Shown piece by piece: positions 30,554 to 41,074 of a stretch of 64,000 nucleotides of DNA. The stretch comes from Gemmatimonadota bacterium. GTDB taxonomy: Bacteria > Gemmatimonadota > Gemmatimonadetes > Gemmatimonadales > GWC2-71-9. Numbering within the stretch: the first letter of the stretch is position 1; each line of letters starts with the position of its first letter. The stretch is taken from contig JBDHKN010000042.1 in assembly GCA_039586365.1 (NCBI GenBank), positions 1 through 64,000 on the forward strand, read 5' to 3'. The translations under genes and the position numbers were made by a program. The notes under the pieces are model-generated. The model was not told the origin of the DNA and made no database searches. It saw only the letters and a list, made by a program, of their open reading frames with translations.

Positions 30554-30734
30554 CGTGCTATCTCCAGGCTGATCGAGTTGGTGAAGAAGGTGGCGCCCTC
30601 CGGGATGGAGGATAGAGCAACAGACTCGAGACGACAACGTAGCCACACTCGGTTACCTCGGACCGGTCGGACTCGTGGCTTTGCACCGAACACGCACCTC
30701 GCTATCGACATCCGCACCGTCTATTTTCACTTCG

Positions 30735-33713
30735 ATGTCTGATTTCCTCAACCGTTTGAGAGCAGCGTTGGCCACCCGTTACGAGATCCGGTCAGAGATT
30801 GGCAGCGGGGGTATGGCAACCGTATACCTAGCGGAAGACCTCAAGCACCATCGCAAGGTCGCGCTCAAGGTACTGCGCCAGGAAGTGGCCGCCGTATTTG
30901 GCGCCGATCGATTCCTGCGAGAGATAGCTATTCTTGCCAGGTTGCAGCACCCCAACATCCTGGGGCTGTTCGACTCCGGCGACGCGGACGGCTTGCTCTA
31001 CTACGTCATGCCGTTCGTGGAGGGGGAATCACTGCGAGACCGTCTCGACCGAGAAGGGCAACTCCCCCTCGATGATGCCCTGAAGATCGTGCATCAGGTG
31101 AACGAGGGACTCAGTTATGCACACAGCGTCGGGATAGTCCATCGGGACATCAAACCTGAAAACATCATGCTAACAGGAGAGCACGTTCTGTTGGCGGATT
31201 TCGGGATTGCGCGGGCGGTATCACTGGCGGGGGCAGACAGGCTGACCAAGACCGGGATCGTGGTTGGCACCCCGGCCTACATGAGCCCCGAACAGGCGAG
31301 TGGGAACCAAGCGATCGATGGTAGAAGCGATCTCTATTCGCTTGCCTGTGTGCTGTACGAGATGTTGGGTGGAGAGCCGCCACATACGGGCCCCACCCCG
31401 CAGGCGATCTTGGCCCGCCAACTCACTGGTGAGGTACGATCGCTGACACCATTGAGGAGCACTGTCAGTCCGGAGCTGGACGCGGTAATCAGGGTTGCAC
31501 TAGCGCCCGCACCCGCAGACCGACACGCCACACCGTACGAGTTCAGTACCGCACTCAACTCAGCACCAGTCACAGCCACGACACCGGGGCGCAAGTTACA
31601 TCCTGTCACAGCTCGGCGTCGGCTGCGTAGGTGGGTTGTAGCTGCGGTCGCGGCCGCAACAATTGCGGTGCTCGCGGTGGTGGGAATCCACCAGTTCTCC
31701 GGAAGCTCCGTCCCGGACGATGGTCGTCTGGGCTTGGCGGTGTTTCCATTCCGTGCCAGCAGCATGGAAGCAGATCGCTGGTCCGAACAACTGCCCGACC
31801 TCCTGGCTACGGCATTGGATGGTACTCCGGGTGTTCGCGTTGCCGACCCGTGGTCACTGTGGCGCAGCCTGCGATCGGATCGAGCGGCGCGCGCTTTGAG
31901 TCCATCAGATGCCGGGGAGGCCGAACGATTGGCGAGGGCGGCGCGGGCTGGGCAATTCATCCTGGGCTCGTTGGCCGTCGAGGCCGGCACACTGAATCTC
32001 ACGCTCCGTGTCTATCGTACGGGTTTGACCGATCCACTGCACTCACTGGCGCATGTGGGTTCGGTCGACAGCATAGCCGCGTTGGTGCAGCGTCTCGCCG
32101 TGGAGATAATCACAAAGGTGTGGCCCCGCGACAGCGTGCCGACGGTACCGCGACTCGACCGCTATACGACTCGATCGGCCGACGCATTGAAAGCGTATCT
32201 CCACGCCAAAGAAGCAATGCGGAGAGGCCAGGTCGACGAGGCAGAGGCAGCGATCGACACGGCACTGGCGCTCGACTCCACCTTTGCCCTCGCTCTGGTA
32301 GACGCCATCAGTATCAAGTCTTGGGCTCAGTACATGAAGGGCGAACCGTACTACCTGACGGACCTAGCGCAGCGTGCTAACGAGTATGCTGACTCGCTGA
32401 GCGAGCGCAATCGGCTTCGTGTCAGGGGCGCCCTCGCTTCCGTCCGGACGGACGGAAGCGCCGCTGTAGCAGCTGCTTCCCGAATCTTGGAAATCGACAG
32501 CACCGACTTCGACGCTTGGAACAGTCTCACGTACTATCACGCAACGTATGGCTGGCAGTACGGCGCGGACGAGCGTGATGCTTTGAGAGCCTCGGACCGG
32601 GCACTCGAGCTGGATGCGTCGTACGTGCCAGCGCTGGCCGCCCGCATAAACATCGCGTTGGCTTCAGCCTCTCCCGAGGAACTCGAACCGTTGCTCGATA
32701 AGATGCGACGGGTCGACACGCTGACTGTGCTGGCTCGCAGCACCTTGCTCGGAGTACAGGGGTTGGCCGTTGACAGCAGCGCGTTCATAGAGTTTGCAGA
32801 TCGAGCGGCGGCCGCGAGCCAGCAGGAGTGGTTAGCGGTCCTGAGGCAACTTCGTTCGTACCATCCCGAACGGGCAGAGATCCTCCTCCAGAAGCGTCTC
32901 GAAGCCGCCAATCCCGGCAGTCCAGTGGCCACCGCTCAGGCTGAACAAGGCCGCCTCTTGATCGCCGAAGGGAGCGTGCGACGGGTCGATTCGATGTTGC
33001 AGATGGGAGCGTATCCGGACAGCGGCGTGGCTCTTGCTCTGAGAGCGCAGTTGATAACAGCAACTCTGGCGGGTGTGGGGGACGAGGGTATCGCTAGCCG
33101 AACCGTTGCGGCACTCGAGAGCCTATCACCGGACTCCGCACTGGAATATTTCTATCGGCGACCGGTATGGTGGATCGGCTGGTTAGTCGGAGCCTACCAT
33201 GCGACCTTCGGTGACACCGCGGTCACACGACAGTGGCAGGCTGCGCTCGGCACGCTGCCTGCGGGAGGAACGTCACAGGATTATCGGGGAGCACTACAGA
33301 GCGACATGGAAGCCAGAATAGCAGCACGCCGCGGAGATCTCGATACGGCGCTGGTTTTGGCACAGCGCGCGTACGCTCTCTGGAGCATTCATTCAAACAA
33401 CTCTGCAGAGAGCCAGCCAGAGGCCTCGATGCGTTTTCACCTGGGGATGCTGCTGCGCGCCACCAACCGGCCCGACAGCGCTGCAGCGATCCTTCGCTCA
33501 CTAGTGCCACCAACCACGTGGATGGGGTTTCGCACTGCACGAGCCTCTTTCGAACTCGGGCAGTTGGCTGAGAACAGAATGGACTTCGAGGCCGCGGCCC
33601 GGCACTACGGGAGAGCGTTGAGTCTGTGGGAACGGGGGGATCCGGAAATCCGGGAATGGAGAACTCAGGCACGAGAAGGGCTACAGCGAGTCGTGGGAGA
33701 GCGCGGCCGATGA
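30735..33713 (+). CDS. Hanks-type Ser/Thr protein kinase with TM segment and long helical/TPR-like C-terminal region
   Basis: GSGGMATVY, VALK, HRDIKPEN, DFG and GTPAYMSPEQ motifs; hydrophobic segment after RRRLRR. Confidence 0.95.
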   Translation: MSDFLNRLRAALATRYEIRSEIGSGGMATVYLAEDLKHHRKVALKVLRQEVAAVFGADRFLREIAILARLQHPNILGLFDSGDADGLLYYVMPFVEGESLRDRLDREGQLPLDDALKIVHQVNEGLSYAHSVGIVHRDIKPENIMLTGEHVLLADFGIARAVSLAGADRLTKTGIVVGTPAYMSPEQASGNQAIDGRSDLYSLACVLYEMLGGEPPHTGPTPQAILARQLTGEVRSLTPLRSTVSPELDAVIRVALAPAPADRHATPYEFSTALNSAPVTATTPGRKLHPVTARRRLRRWVVAAVAAATIAVLAVVGIHQFSGSSVPDDGRLGLAVFPFRASSMEADRWSEQLPDLLATALDGTPGVRVADPWSLWRSLRSDRAARALSPSDAGEAERLARAARAGQFILGSLAVEAGTLNLTLRVYRTGLTDPLHSLAHVGSVDSIAALVQRLAVEIITKVWPRDSVPTVPRLDRYTTRSADALKAYLHAKEAMRRGQVDEAEAAIDTALALDSTFALALVDAISIKSWAQYMKGEPYYLTDLAQRANEYADSLSERNRLRVRGALASVRTDGSAAVAAASRILEIDSTDFDAWNSLTYYHATYGWQYGADERDALRASDRALELDASYVPALAARINIALASASPEELEPLLDKMRRVDTLTVLARSTLLGVQGLAVDSSAFIEFADRAAAASQQEWLAVLRQLRSYHPERAEILLQKRLEAANPGSPVATAQAEQGRLLIAEGSVRRVDSMLQMGAYPDSGVALALRAQLITATLAGVGDEGIASRTVAALESLSPDSALEYFYRRPVWWIGWLVGAYHATFGDTAVTRQWQAALGTLPAGGTSQDYRGALQSDMEARIAARRGDLDTALVLAQRAYALWSIHSNNSAESQPEASMRFHLGMLLRATNRPDSAAAILRSLVPPTTWMGFRTARASFELGQLAENRMDFEAAARHYGRALSLWERGDPEIREWRTQAREGLQRVVGERGR

Positions 33714-35950
33714 CCATGAGTGGCAGCGTCGGCGTCATTCTGGTGTGTCTCGCGGTACCGACCGTGGCTCACGCCCAGCAAGGGCTACAGTCGCTCAGCG
33801 CGGACAGTCTTACCCCAGCCGTAGCTCCGATCGATCCCGACGCAGCACCGCGGCCGACAATACGCGCGTTTCACACCTCGGGCCCTGTAGTGATCGATGG
33901 GAGACTCGCAGAGTCGTCCTGGCACGATGCCGACTCAACGTGGGGTTTTGTCTCGAATGTGCCGCAGGTTGGTTACCCGGAGTCTGAGAAGACGGTCGTC
34001 CGCATCCTGTACGACGAGCGGAACCTGTACCTCGGTGCGACCTTGTACGATTCAGATCCGAACCGCCTGACGATTTCAGGTCTCGAGCAGGACTTCCAGA
34101 CGCACGATTCGGATGTCTTTGCCATCTCACTTGACACCTATCACGATTCACAGAACGCTTTTCTCTTCGCGACCAATCCGGCCGGAGCGGTCTTCGACGC
34201 TCAAGTCTTCAACGACAGCCGATACACCAATCGCGCCTGGGAAGGTGTCATAAGCATCAAGACGGAGATACACGACTCCGGCTGGACCGCTGAGATCGCG
34301 ATCCCATTCACCACGCTCCGGTTCAAGGGTACCGACGGCGACCAAACCTGGGGTATCAACTTCATGAGGAGGATTCGCCGGCGCAACGAGGATGCCTATT
34401 GGGCACCACTCAACCGGCCGTACCGGGTCCATAAGATGTCTCGTGCCGGCAACCTCCAGGGTCTGACTGGCCTGCGGCAGGGACGCAATCTCACAGTCAA
34501 GCCGTACCTGAGTGTCGGGCGGAAGGTTGGAGAGCTTCGTGTAGACGATCGGGGCAACGAGTTCGATGCCGGTATCGATATCAAGTATGGCATCACGCCG
34601 CGTCTCACACTCGATGTCACGGCATTCACAGATTTCTCTCAAGTGGAGGTCGACCAGGAACAGGTGAACCTCACTCGCTTTCCCCTCTTCTTTCCCGAGA
34701 AGCGGGATTTCTTCATGGAAAACGCGGGTAGCTTCAACTTTGGCGATGTGACGGAACGCGACTACCGGATGGGTTCGTCACTGCAGGAATTCACGCTGTT
34801 CCACTCTCGGCGAATCGGCCTTTCGGAGGATCGCCAGCCAGTACCCATTCTCACAGGTGGGAGACTGTCCGGCCGGACAGGTGACTTCGAGATCGGCTTG
34901 ATTGATGTTCAAACAAGGGAGAGCGGTGCTACTCCCGCCGAGAATTTCGCACTGGCCCGATTGAGGTACAACATACTTGGCAACTCGGATGTCGGTTTGA
35001 TGTTGGTCAATCGACAAGGCACGAGCGACGGTGCCACAGACCAGTACAATCGGAGCTATGGGATCGATGCCAACTTCAGATTGCTGGATCACATGCTCAT
35101 CAACTCCTATATGGCTGCAACCGACGAACCGAACGTTGTCGGTGACCAGAAGGCAGCCCGATTACAGATCGCTTGGCGTGACCCGATCTGGGATCTGTCC
35201 GGATTCGTGAAACATGTGGGAGCTGCCTTCAATCCGGCGGTGGGTTTCGTACAGCGGCGAGGCGTGCGGCAACTCTTCGCAACTCTCGGAGCGCACCCCC
35301 AGCCGACACTGCCGGCAATCATAGAGTTCAATCCGTACGCTGACCTGAGTTTCATCGCCAATCTTGACGGCACTCTCGAGACACGCTCGATCAAGGGCGG
35401 CTTCGGCACCACCTTCCTCGACGGCGGGGTCTTGAGCCTCGAATACGTCAACCAATTCGAACGGCTGCTGGAACCCGATATCATTGCCGGTGTCGATCTT
35501 CCCGCAGATGACTACCACTTCAACGATGCAACCGTCAGCTACACATCGAGTGGCGCTCGGAGGCTCTCCGGGAAGGTGAGCTTGAGCCGCGGCGGGTTCT
35601 TCGACGGCTCCAAGACCTCGGTTGCCCTTGGCGGGCTGGTGAGGCCCAGTCATCATGTCTCACTCGATGTCACGGCCCAGCACAATGAGTTGACCCTGTT
35701 GGACAGCACCTTCACGGCAGACGTGTTTGCTGGACGGCTGCGCTACGCCCACTCCACCCGCCTCTTTCTCAGCGCATTCGTACAGTACAACACCTCATCC
35801 GAGGAACTCACAACGAATGTGCGTTTCAACTTCATTCACGCACCCCTAAGTGATGTATTTCTCGTCTACACCGAACGGCGCAATGTGGATAGCGGGATAG
35901 TGATGGACCGCGTGCTCACCGCAAAGGTGACGCGGCTATTCGCATTCTGA
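33710..35950 (+). CDS. DUF5916 / CBM9-like outer-membrane protein
   Basis: IDGRLAE..W, GWTAEIAIPF and DFSQVEVD..NLTRFPLFFPEKRDFF motifs; terminal Phe; ATGA overlap with the kinase stop. Confidence 0.88.
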   Translation: MTMSGSVGVILVCLAVPTVAHAQQGLQSLSADSLTPAVAPIDPDAAPRPTIRAFHTSGPVVIDGRLAESSWHDADSTWGFVSNVPQVGYPESEKTVVRILYDERNLYLGATLYDSDPNRLTISGLEQDFQTHDSDVFAISLDTYHDSQNAFLFATNPAGAVFDAQVFNDSRYTNRAWEGVISIKTEIHDSGWTAEIAIPFTTLRFKGTDGDQTWGINFMRRIRRRNEDAYWAPLNRPYRVHKMSRAGNLQGLTGLRQGRNLTVKPYLSVGRKVGELRVDDRGNEFDAGIDIKYGITPRLTLDVTAFTDFSQVEVDQEQVNLTRFPLFFPEKRDFFMENAGSFNFGDVTERDYRMGSSLQEFTLFHSRRIGLSEDRQPVPILTGGRLSGRTGDFEIGLIDVQTRESGATPAENFALARLRYNILGNSDVGLMLVNRQGTSDGATDQYNRSYGIDANFRLLDHMLINSYMAATDEPNVVGDQKAARLQIAWRDPIWDLSGFVKHVGAAFNPAVGFVQRRGVRQLFATLGAHPQPTLPAIIEFNPYADLSFIANLDGTLETRSIKGGFGTTFLDGGVLSLEYVNQFERLLEPDIIAGVDLPADDYHFNDATVSYTSSGARRLSGKVSLSRGGFFDGSKTSVALGGLVRPSHHVSLDVTAQHNELTLLDSTFTADVFAGRLRYAHSTRLFLSAFVQYNTSSEELTTNVRFNFIHAPLSDVFLVYTERRNVDSGIVMDRVLTAKVTRLFAF

Positions 35951-36180
35951 AGCCAGCCACGCCGTTGTAGGCGATGCCGTAGACCACTCCTGACCGATAG
36001 GACACGATTCGCTGAGGGGTCGGGCACGACAGGACCCGATCCACTACCAAGAGACAAGGGGCCATTGTAGGCACGGATTTGTTAGCCACGTCACAGATGG
36101 TCTGTACCGGACACACTAAGCTGTCTCACCAGCGATACAGCGTATCTGACCCACCATCAAGTTTCGGAGATTTGGCTACG

Positions 36181-36549
36181 ATGGCGAAAGTAATCGGTTG
36201 GGCTCGTCTGTGGCCTGTCGCCAAGGCCCCCCTCTTGCGTCATGGCGTATGGTATTCGGTTGTGGGCGACGGAGCATCCAAGAAGATCGTGCTCGACATC
36301 CCGAGCGGTCCGGTTGCAGTACCACGACACCTCGTGGAAGTCCGCAAACGCCGCCCGTCCCATTTCACCGTCGTTTATCGCTCGACGAAAGATCGCAACC
36401 CAGCACGGGGTACGTCGAATGATCTCGGGCGCACTTACGCTGTGTGTCCCCATTCAGCATCCCGATTCAGATTGCACGGACATCCAGAATCCGTCAAATG
36501 CCCTGATTGTGGGCACGTCGGGCCAGTTGCGTGGTGGGAAAGCGGATAA
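36181..36549 (+). CDS. Hypothetical protein with C-terminal zinc-ribbon-like Cys motif
   Basis: YAVCPHS..CPDCGH; GGAGA upstream of the ATG. Confidence 0.7.
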   Translation: MAKVIGWARLWPVAKAPLLRHGVWYSVVGDGASKKIVLDIPSGPVAVPRHLVEVRKRRPSHFTVVYRSTKDRNPARGTSNDLGRTYAVCPHSASRFRLHGHPESVKCPDCGHVGPVAWWESG

Positions 36550-36584
36550 CCCGAGTGGCCTATCGCGATTGAGCAGTACTCAGG

Positions 36585-38435
36585 TCACAGCGGATTGGAG
36601 CGGCCTCCACCGGCACCCGTGACCCCGGACTCTACCCCTGGCAGATCCGGAATGAAATCCTCGCCGGGATTGATGAACCGGTTGAGCTCGATCTTGTACT
36701 GTCGCTCGTACAGTTCGCGGTAGCGTCCGCCGTCGGCCAACAGCGCTTCGTGGGTGCCTCTTTCCACGATCTCGCCCCCCTCGAGCACCAGGATCTGATC
36801 GGCGCTCTGTATCGTCGACAGCCGGTGGGCGATTACGAAAGCCGTTCTGCCCTCGCGAAGCGTGGCCAGACCGTCCTGTATCTGCGCCTCGCTCTCGCTA
36901 TCGAGACTCGAAGTCGCTTCGTCCAAGATCAAGATACGGGGGTTCGCCAGAACCGCCCGGGCGATAGCGATACGCTGGCGCTGGCCACCGGAGAGCTTGA
37001 CTCCCCGCTCACCGACCACAGTGTCGTAGCCGTCTTCGAACCGGCTTACGAACTCGTCGCAGTGAGCGATCTTGGCTACCTGAAGTACCTGCTCCGTGGA
37101 GGCGCGCGGGGCCCCGAACCGGATGTTCTCGGCAATTGTGCCATCGAACAGGAAGTTCTCCTGCAGTACCACTCCGATATTGGAGCGGTAATCCCTGAGC
37201 TTCACCTGAGAGAGGTCGATACCATCAACCAAGATTCTGCCGGTCTTGGGCTTATTGAACGCTGAGACCAGGCTGATCAGAGTGCTCTTACCCGAGCCAC
37301 TAGAGCCGACCAGCGCAGTCGTCGTCCCTACCGGCGCTTCGAAACTCACTCCTGTGAGAACAGGGACGCCCGGGTCGTACTCGAAGCTGACGTTTTCAAA
37401 CCTGAGATGACCACGCAGACCCGGTACGGCTTGCCGGCTGTCATCCTGCTGATCTTCGGTCGCCATCGTCCGGATCTCGCGAATACGGTCCAAACCCGCG
37501 AACGCCTCGCTGATCTGAGTACCGATGGATGCGATCTGTATGAGCGGAGAAGCCATGAGGCCGGTGAAGAAGACATACATCACGAAATCACCGAGCGTCA
37601 TGGCACCGTTTACGATCGCGCGTCCACCCACCAGTATCATGACGACGCCAATTACGCCCACAATCAGGGTCGAGAACGATGAAATCGCCGAAATACCTGT
37701 TACTGCTTTGGCCACATTGCGGAAGAGCCGGTGGGCGCCTTTAGCGAAGACATACTGCTCGCGTCGCTCAGCGGTGTACGCTTTGACTATGCGGATCCCA
37801 CCCAGCGTCTCTCCCAACCTTCCCGTGACCTCCGCGTTGATCTTGCCACGCTCACGGAACAGAGGTCGGAGGTGATTGAAGGCGAACGCCATTACGCCGC
37901 CAAAGGTACCGAGGATCAGGATCGTGACTACTGTGAGGCTCCAGTTCAAGTAGAACAGCACTACCAGCGCGATCGTGGCCGTGACCAAGCCGCCGGTCAG
38001 CTGCACCAAACCGGTGCCAACCAGGTTCCTGATGCCCTCGGCGTCGGTCATGACGCGCGAGATCAGAACGCCCGTCTTCGTTGAGTCATAGTAGCTGACC
38101 GGTAGCCGCGCTACATGCTCCTGGACGACCTTGCGCATCTCCGTTATGGCGCGCTGCGCCGCCACACCCAACACCTGGGACAAGGAGAACGAAGTGCCAG
38201 CCTGCACCGTGGTCGCCACTGCCACAGCAAGTGCGAGGTTCACCAACAGCTCGGGGCGGTTGTTCCCGATCACTTCGTCGATCACGTACTTCGAGCTCGC
38301 GGGTAGTACCAGTCCGGCGAGTCGATTCACCAGCATGATCCCGAAACCAAACGCAAGCCGCTTCCGATAGGACCAGATGATCGTCCGCGCCTCACGCCAG
38401 GCGTTGGCGAAGTTGGGCTTCTTCTTCTCGGTCAC
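36585..38435 (-). CDS. ABC exporter, fused permease/ATPase (MsbA/MdlB-like)
   Basis: Walker A GSSGSGKS, signature LSGGQRQR, ILDEATS and IAHRLST motifs; N-terminal TM domain. Confidence 0.95.
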   Translation of the reverse strand: MTEKKKPNFANAWREARTIIWSYRKRLAFGFGIMLVNRLAGLVLPASSKYVIDEVIGNNRPELLVNLALAVAVATTVQAGTSFSLSQVLGVAAQRAITEMRKVVQEHVARLPVSYYDSTKTGVLISRVMTDAEGIRNLVGTGLVQLTGGLVTATIALVVLFYLNWSLTVVTILILGTFGGVMAFAFNHLRPLFRERGKINAEVTGRLGETLGGIRIVKAYTAERREQYVFAKGAHRLFRNVAKAVTGISAISSFSTLIVGVIGVVMILVGGRAIVNGAMTLGDFVMYVFFTGLMASPLIQIASIGTQISEAFAGLDRIREIRTMATEDQQDDSRQAVPGLRGHLRFENVSFEYDPGVPVLTGVSFEAPVGTTTALVGSSGSGKSTLISLVSAFNKPKTGRILVDGIDLSQVKLRDYRSNIGVVLQENFLFDGTIAENIRFGAPRASTEQVLQVAKIAHCDEFVSRFEDGYDTVVGERGVKLSGGQRQRIAIARAVLANPRILILDEATSSLDSESEAQIQDGLATLREGRTAFVIAHRLSTIQSADQILVLEGGEIVERGTHEALLADGGRYRELYERQYKIELNRFINPGEDFIPDLPGVESGVTGAGGGRSNPL

Positions 38436-38589
38436 ACCACCTCTTGCTCTAACGCCGTGAATGCGCATCCACGCAAGGTAGTAGGGTGCAGGGTCAGGTG
38501 GCAGGTCCGCCCCTGCCCTTCCCCTCGCTCTTCCTCCTCTTCTTAATTAGTCAAGTTACATCATCCTAATTATAGTGCACTCACTTACC

Positions 38590-39504
38590 ATGGCTTTTCC
38601 ACTACTACCCGTCATCTGGCATCCGGCCTACGAGTTCGACATTGGGCCCCATGTTTTCCCGACGCAGAAGTACAGATTGATCGTGGACCGGCTCGCGAGC
38701 GAGGGTTTCCTGTCTGAGGCCGACATCTTGCGACCTGATTCGGCCAGTGACCAGCAGGTTGCCTTGGTGCATACCCCCGACTATCTGCACAAGATCGAGT
38801 CTGGCACGCTCTCGCGTTGGGAGCAGATGACACTCGAGGTCCCTTTCTCGGCCGAACTGCGCAACGGTATGTGGCTCTGCGCTGGGGGGTCGATCCTCGC
38901 GGCCGAGCGCGCCCTGGCATGCGGGATCGCGGTACATTTGGGAGGTGGATTCCACCATGCGTTCCCCGATCACGGCGAAGGGTTCTGCCTCATCAATGAC
39001 GTAGCCATAGCCATTCGCACACTGCAACAGGCGAAATCGATCGAGCGGGCCGTGGTCATCGACTGCGACGTGCACCATGGGAACGGGACGGCTGCGATTT
39101 TCGCGAATGACCCTGCCGTATTCACTTTCTCGATTCACCAAGAGCGAAACTACCCCGCGTGGAAACCACCTTCCGACCTGGATGTGGGGCTCGCAGACGG
39201 GACGGGTGACGACGAGTACCTCTCTCTTCTCTCCGCACACCTACCGGAGATCCTGGAACAACATCGGCCGCAACTAGCTTTCTATCTTGCAGGGGCAGAT
39301 CCCTACCGGCAGGATCAGCTTGGCGGCTTGGATCTCACGATAGACGGGCTGCAGCAGCGCGACGGATTAGTGCACCAGTTGCTGTACGAGCGGAACGTGC
39401 CCATAGCCACCGTGTTGGCTGGTGGGTATGCCATACGAGCAAACGATACTGTCGAGATCCACTGCAACACGGTGCGACAAGCGAGCCAGCTGGCCAAAGG
39501 TTGA
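38590..39504 (+). CDS. Histone deacetylase family (Zn-dependent) protein
   Basis: GGGFHHA, GFC, DCDVHHGNGT, AGAD and GGY motifs. Confidence 0.95.
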   Translation: MAFPLLPVIWHPAYEFDIGPHVFPTQKYRLIVDRLASEGFLSEADILRPDSASDQQVALVHTPDYLHKIESGTLSRWEQMTLEVPFSAELRNGMWLCAGGSILAAERALACGIAVHLGGGFHHAFPDHGEGFCLINDVAIAIRTLQQAKSIERAVVIDCDVHHGNGTAAIFANDPAVFTFSIHQERNYPAWKPPSDLDVGLADGTGDDEYLSLLSAHLPEILEQHRPQLAFYLAGADPYRQDQLGGLDLTIDGLQQRDGLVHQLLYERNVPIATVLAGGYAIRANDTVEIHCNTVRQASQLAKG

Positions 39505-39612
39505 GTAGGTGCTGGCGCTGCCCGGCCGTCTAGCCACCACTGGCACGTAAAGCTATTGTTCGTGATCGTTCCAATCTGCCGTCTGTGCTCGGGAATCACT
39601 GGAGACAATCAG

Positions 39613-40581
39613 ATGTCCAGTTCACGCACCTGTGAATTCTGCCAAACCGCGACACCGGAAAGCGCCAGATTCTGCCCGGGCTGCGGCTCGCGACTGAATG
39701 ACGACGGATCGCGCCCACCCGATCAGATGGATCTCGAGAAGTTTTTCAGCCATGCACTCGACATGTGTTGCATAGCCGGCGTAGACGGATACTTCAAGCG
39801 AGTCAATCCAGCCTTCGAACGCACTCTGGGCTACAGTACGGCAGAACTCCTCGACAAACCTTTCGTCGAGTTCGTCCACCCCGACGACCGGCCCGGGACC
39901 ACGACAGAGATCGGCACGCTCGCAGATGGAGCACCCACGCTCTCATTTGAGAACCGCTATCGCTGCAAAGACGGCTCCTACAAAAACCTCCACTGGACTT
40001 CGTTCCCCGAACCCGGCACCGGTCTGTTGTACGCGATCGCCCGCGACATAACCGACCTCAAACTGAGGGAGGATCGCATCGACCGGTTGACCGGGACCAT
40101 CACGCGTCGGCTATTCGAGCAGACGTTGGTCGAGGAATGGAGGCGTGCCTACCGTTCGCGGCTTCCTCTGGCAGTTGCCATGATAGACATAGACCACTTC
40201 AAGGCGTACAACGCGCTCTACGGGCACCACGTTGGTGATCAACGGCTGCGCGAAGTGGCCCAGGCCGTTTCACGACGCGTTCGCAGAACCGGTGACGTGG
40301 TCGCCCGCTACGACGGCCAGGAATTCGCGCTCATTCTGTCTGGTGGGCTCACTGCGAAGGATGCCGCAGATCTGTGCGAGAACATTAGGGCTGCTGTCGA
40401 GCAGTTGGACATCCCTCACGCCGAGGCACAGCCCGCCGGACATCTGACGGTAAGCATTGGCACCGCAGCGGTGGTGCCCAACGCAGAGTCGGCGCCGCCG
40501 CTCCTAATCGGAGCCGCCGAATCCGCACTCGCCAAGGCCAAGGCTCAAGGTCGCAATCGAGTAGTCCAGTCATCCTACTAA
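39613..40581 (+). CDS. Zinc-ribbon + PAS + GGDEF-domain protein with a degenerate active site
   Basis: CEFC..CPGCG; PAS VNPAFERTLGY..VHPDD; DIDHFKAYN; RYDGQEF in place of RYGGEEF. Confidence 0.9.
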   Translation: MSSSRTCEFCQTATPESARFCPGCGSRLNDDGSRPPDQMDLEKFFSHALDMCCIAGVDGYFKRVNPAFERTLGYSTAELLDKPFVEFVHPDDRPGTTTEIGTLADGAPTLSFENRYRCKDGSYKNLHWTSFPEPGTGLLYAIARDITDLKLREDRIDRLTGTITRRLFEQTLVEEWRRAYRSRLPLAVAMIDIDHFKAYNALYGHHVGDQRLREVAQAVSRRVRRTGDVVARYDGQEFALILSGGLTAKDAADLCENIRAAVEQLDIPHAEAQPAGHLTVSIGTAAVVPNAESAPPLLIGAAESALAKAKAQGRNRVVQSSY

Positions 40582-40603
40582 CACCGGCGATTCCAAGCGG
40601 GCT

Positions 40604-40822
40604 ATGGTAGACGGCAATCAACCGCCACCGACGGCCCGGCTGAGCACCATACTGCGAGCCTGGGCCTGGCTCGTGCTCGTACTCGCCCTGGCACAACGCT
40701 TCGTGCTACGGGTCGGATCGTCCGAGCGGTCCGTATATCTCTCCACGGTCATTCTGCTGCTGGTTGCCGTCGCACTCAGGATCGTGGCGTGGCGGATCAG
40801 CAAGCGCACGAGGCGGAGCTAG
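40604..40822 (+). CDS. Small two-TM membrane protein
   Basis: 72 aa with two hydrophobic segments and a basic tail. Confidence 0.55.
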   Translation: MVDGNQPPPTARLSTILRAWAWLVLVLALAQRFVLRVGSSERSVYLSTVILLLVAVALRIVAWRISKRTRRS

Positions 40823-40866
40823 CTGAAAGACGGTAAAGGGCGGGAGAAGGCGGTAGAAGGCGGTAC
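40823..40866. repeat. 10-bp repeat family copy
   Basis: agacggtaaa gggcgggaga aggcggtaga aggcggtac directly after a stop codon. Confidence 0.7.
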
Positions 40867-41074
40867 GACGAATAACGAGAGAGGGTAGGGTAACTCAGTT
40901 CTGCTGATACTTGGACCCGTCAGCACCCGCTGCACTGCGATCGCCGCTGAGACCGGTCGTGAACGGTTCCAAGGAAGACGACGCCTTGCCGAGCCAACCC
41001 AGCGGTCGGTCAATCTGGCAGGCCGGCCGAAGTCTCAGATCTCCAGGACCGAGCCTGGAGACGCCGAACCCCAT

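Noticed and set aside
24105..39504. Functional link between the histone-like protein and the histone-deacetylase-family gene
   Set aside because: They are 14 kb apart with no operon link, and bacterial members of this family act on varied substrates
8612..39538. 15-bp match GGCCGTCTAGCCACC at about 8612 and 39524
   Set aside because: A match of this length is expected by chance in 64 kb of GC-rich DNA
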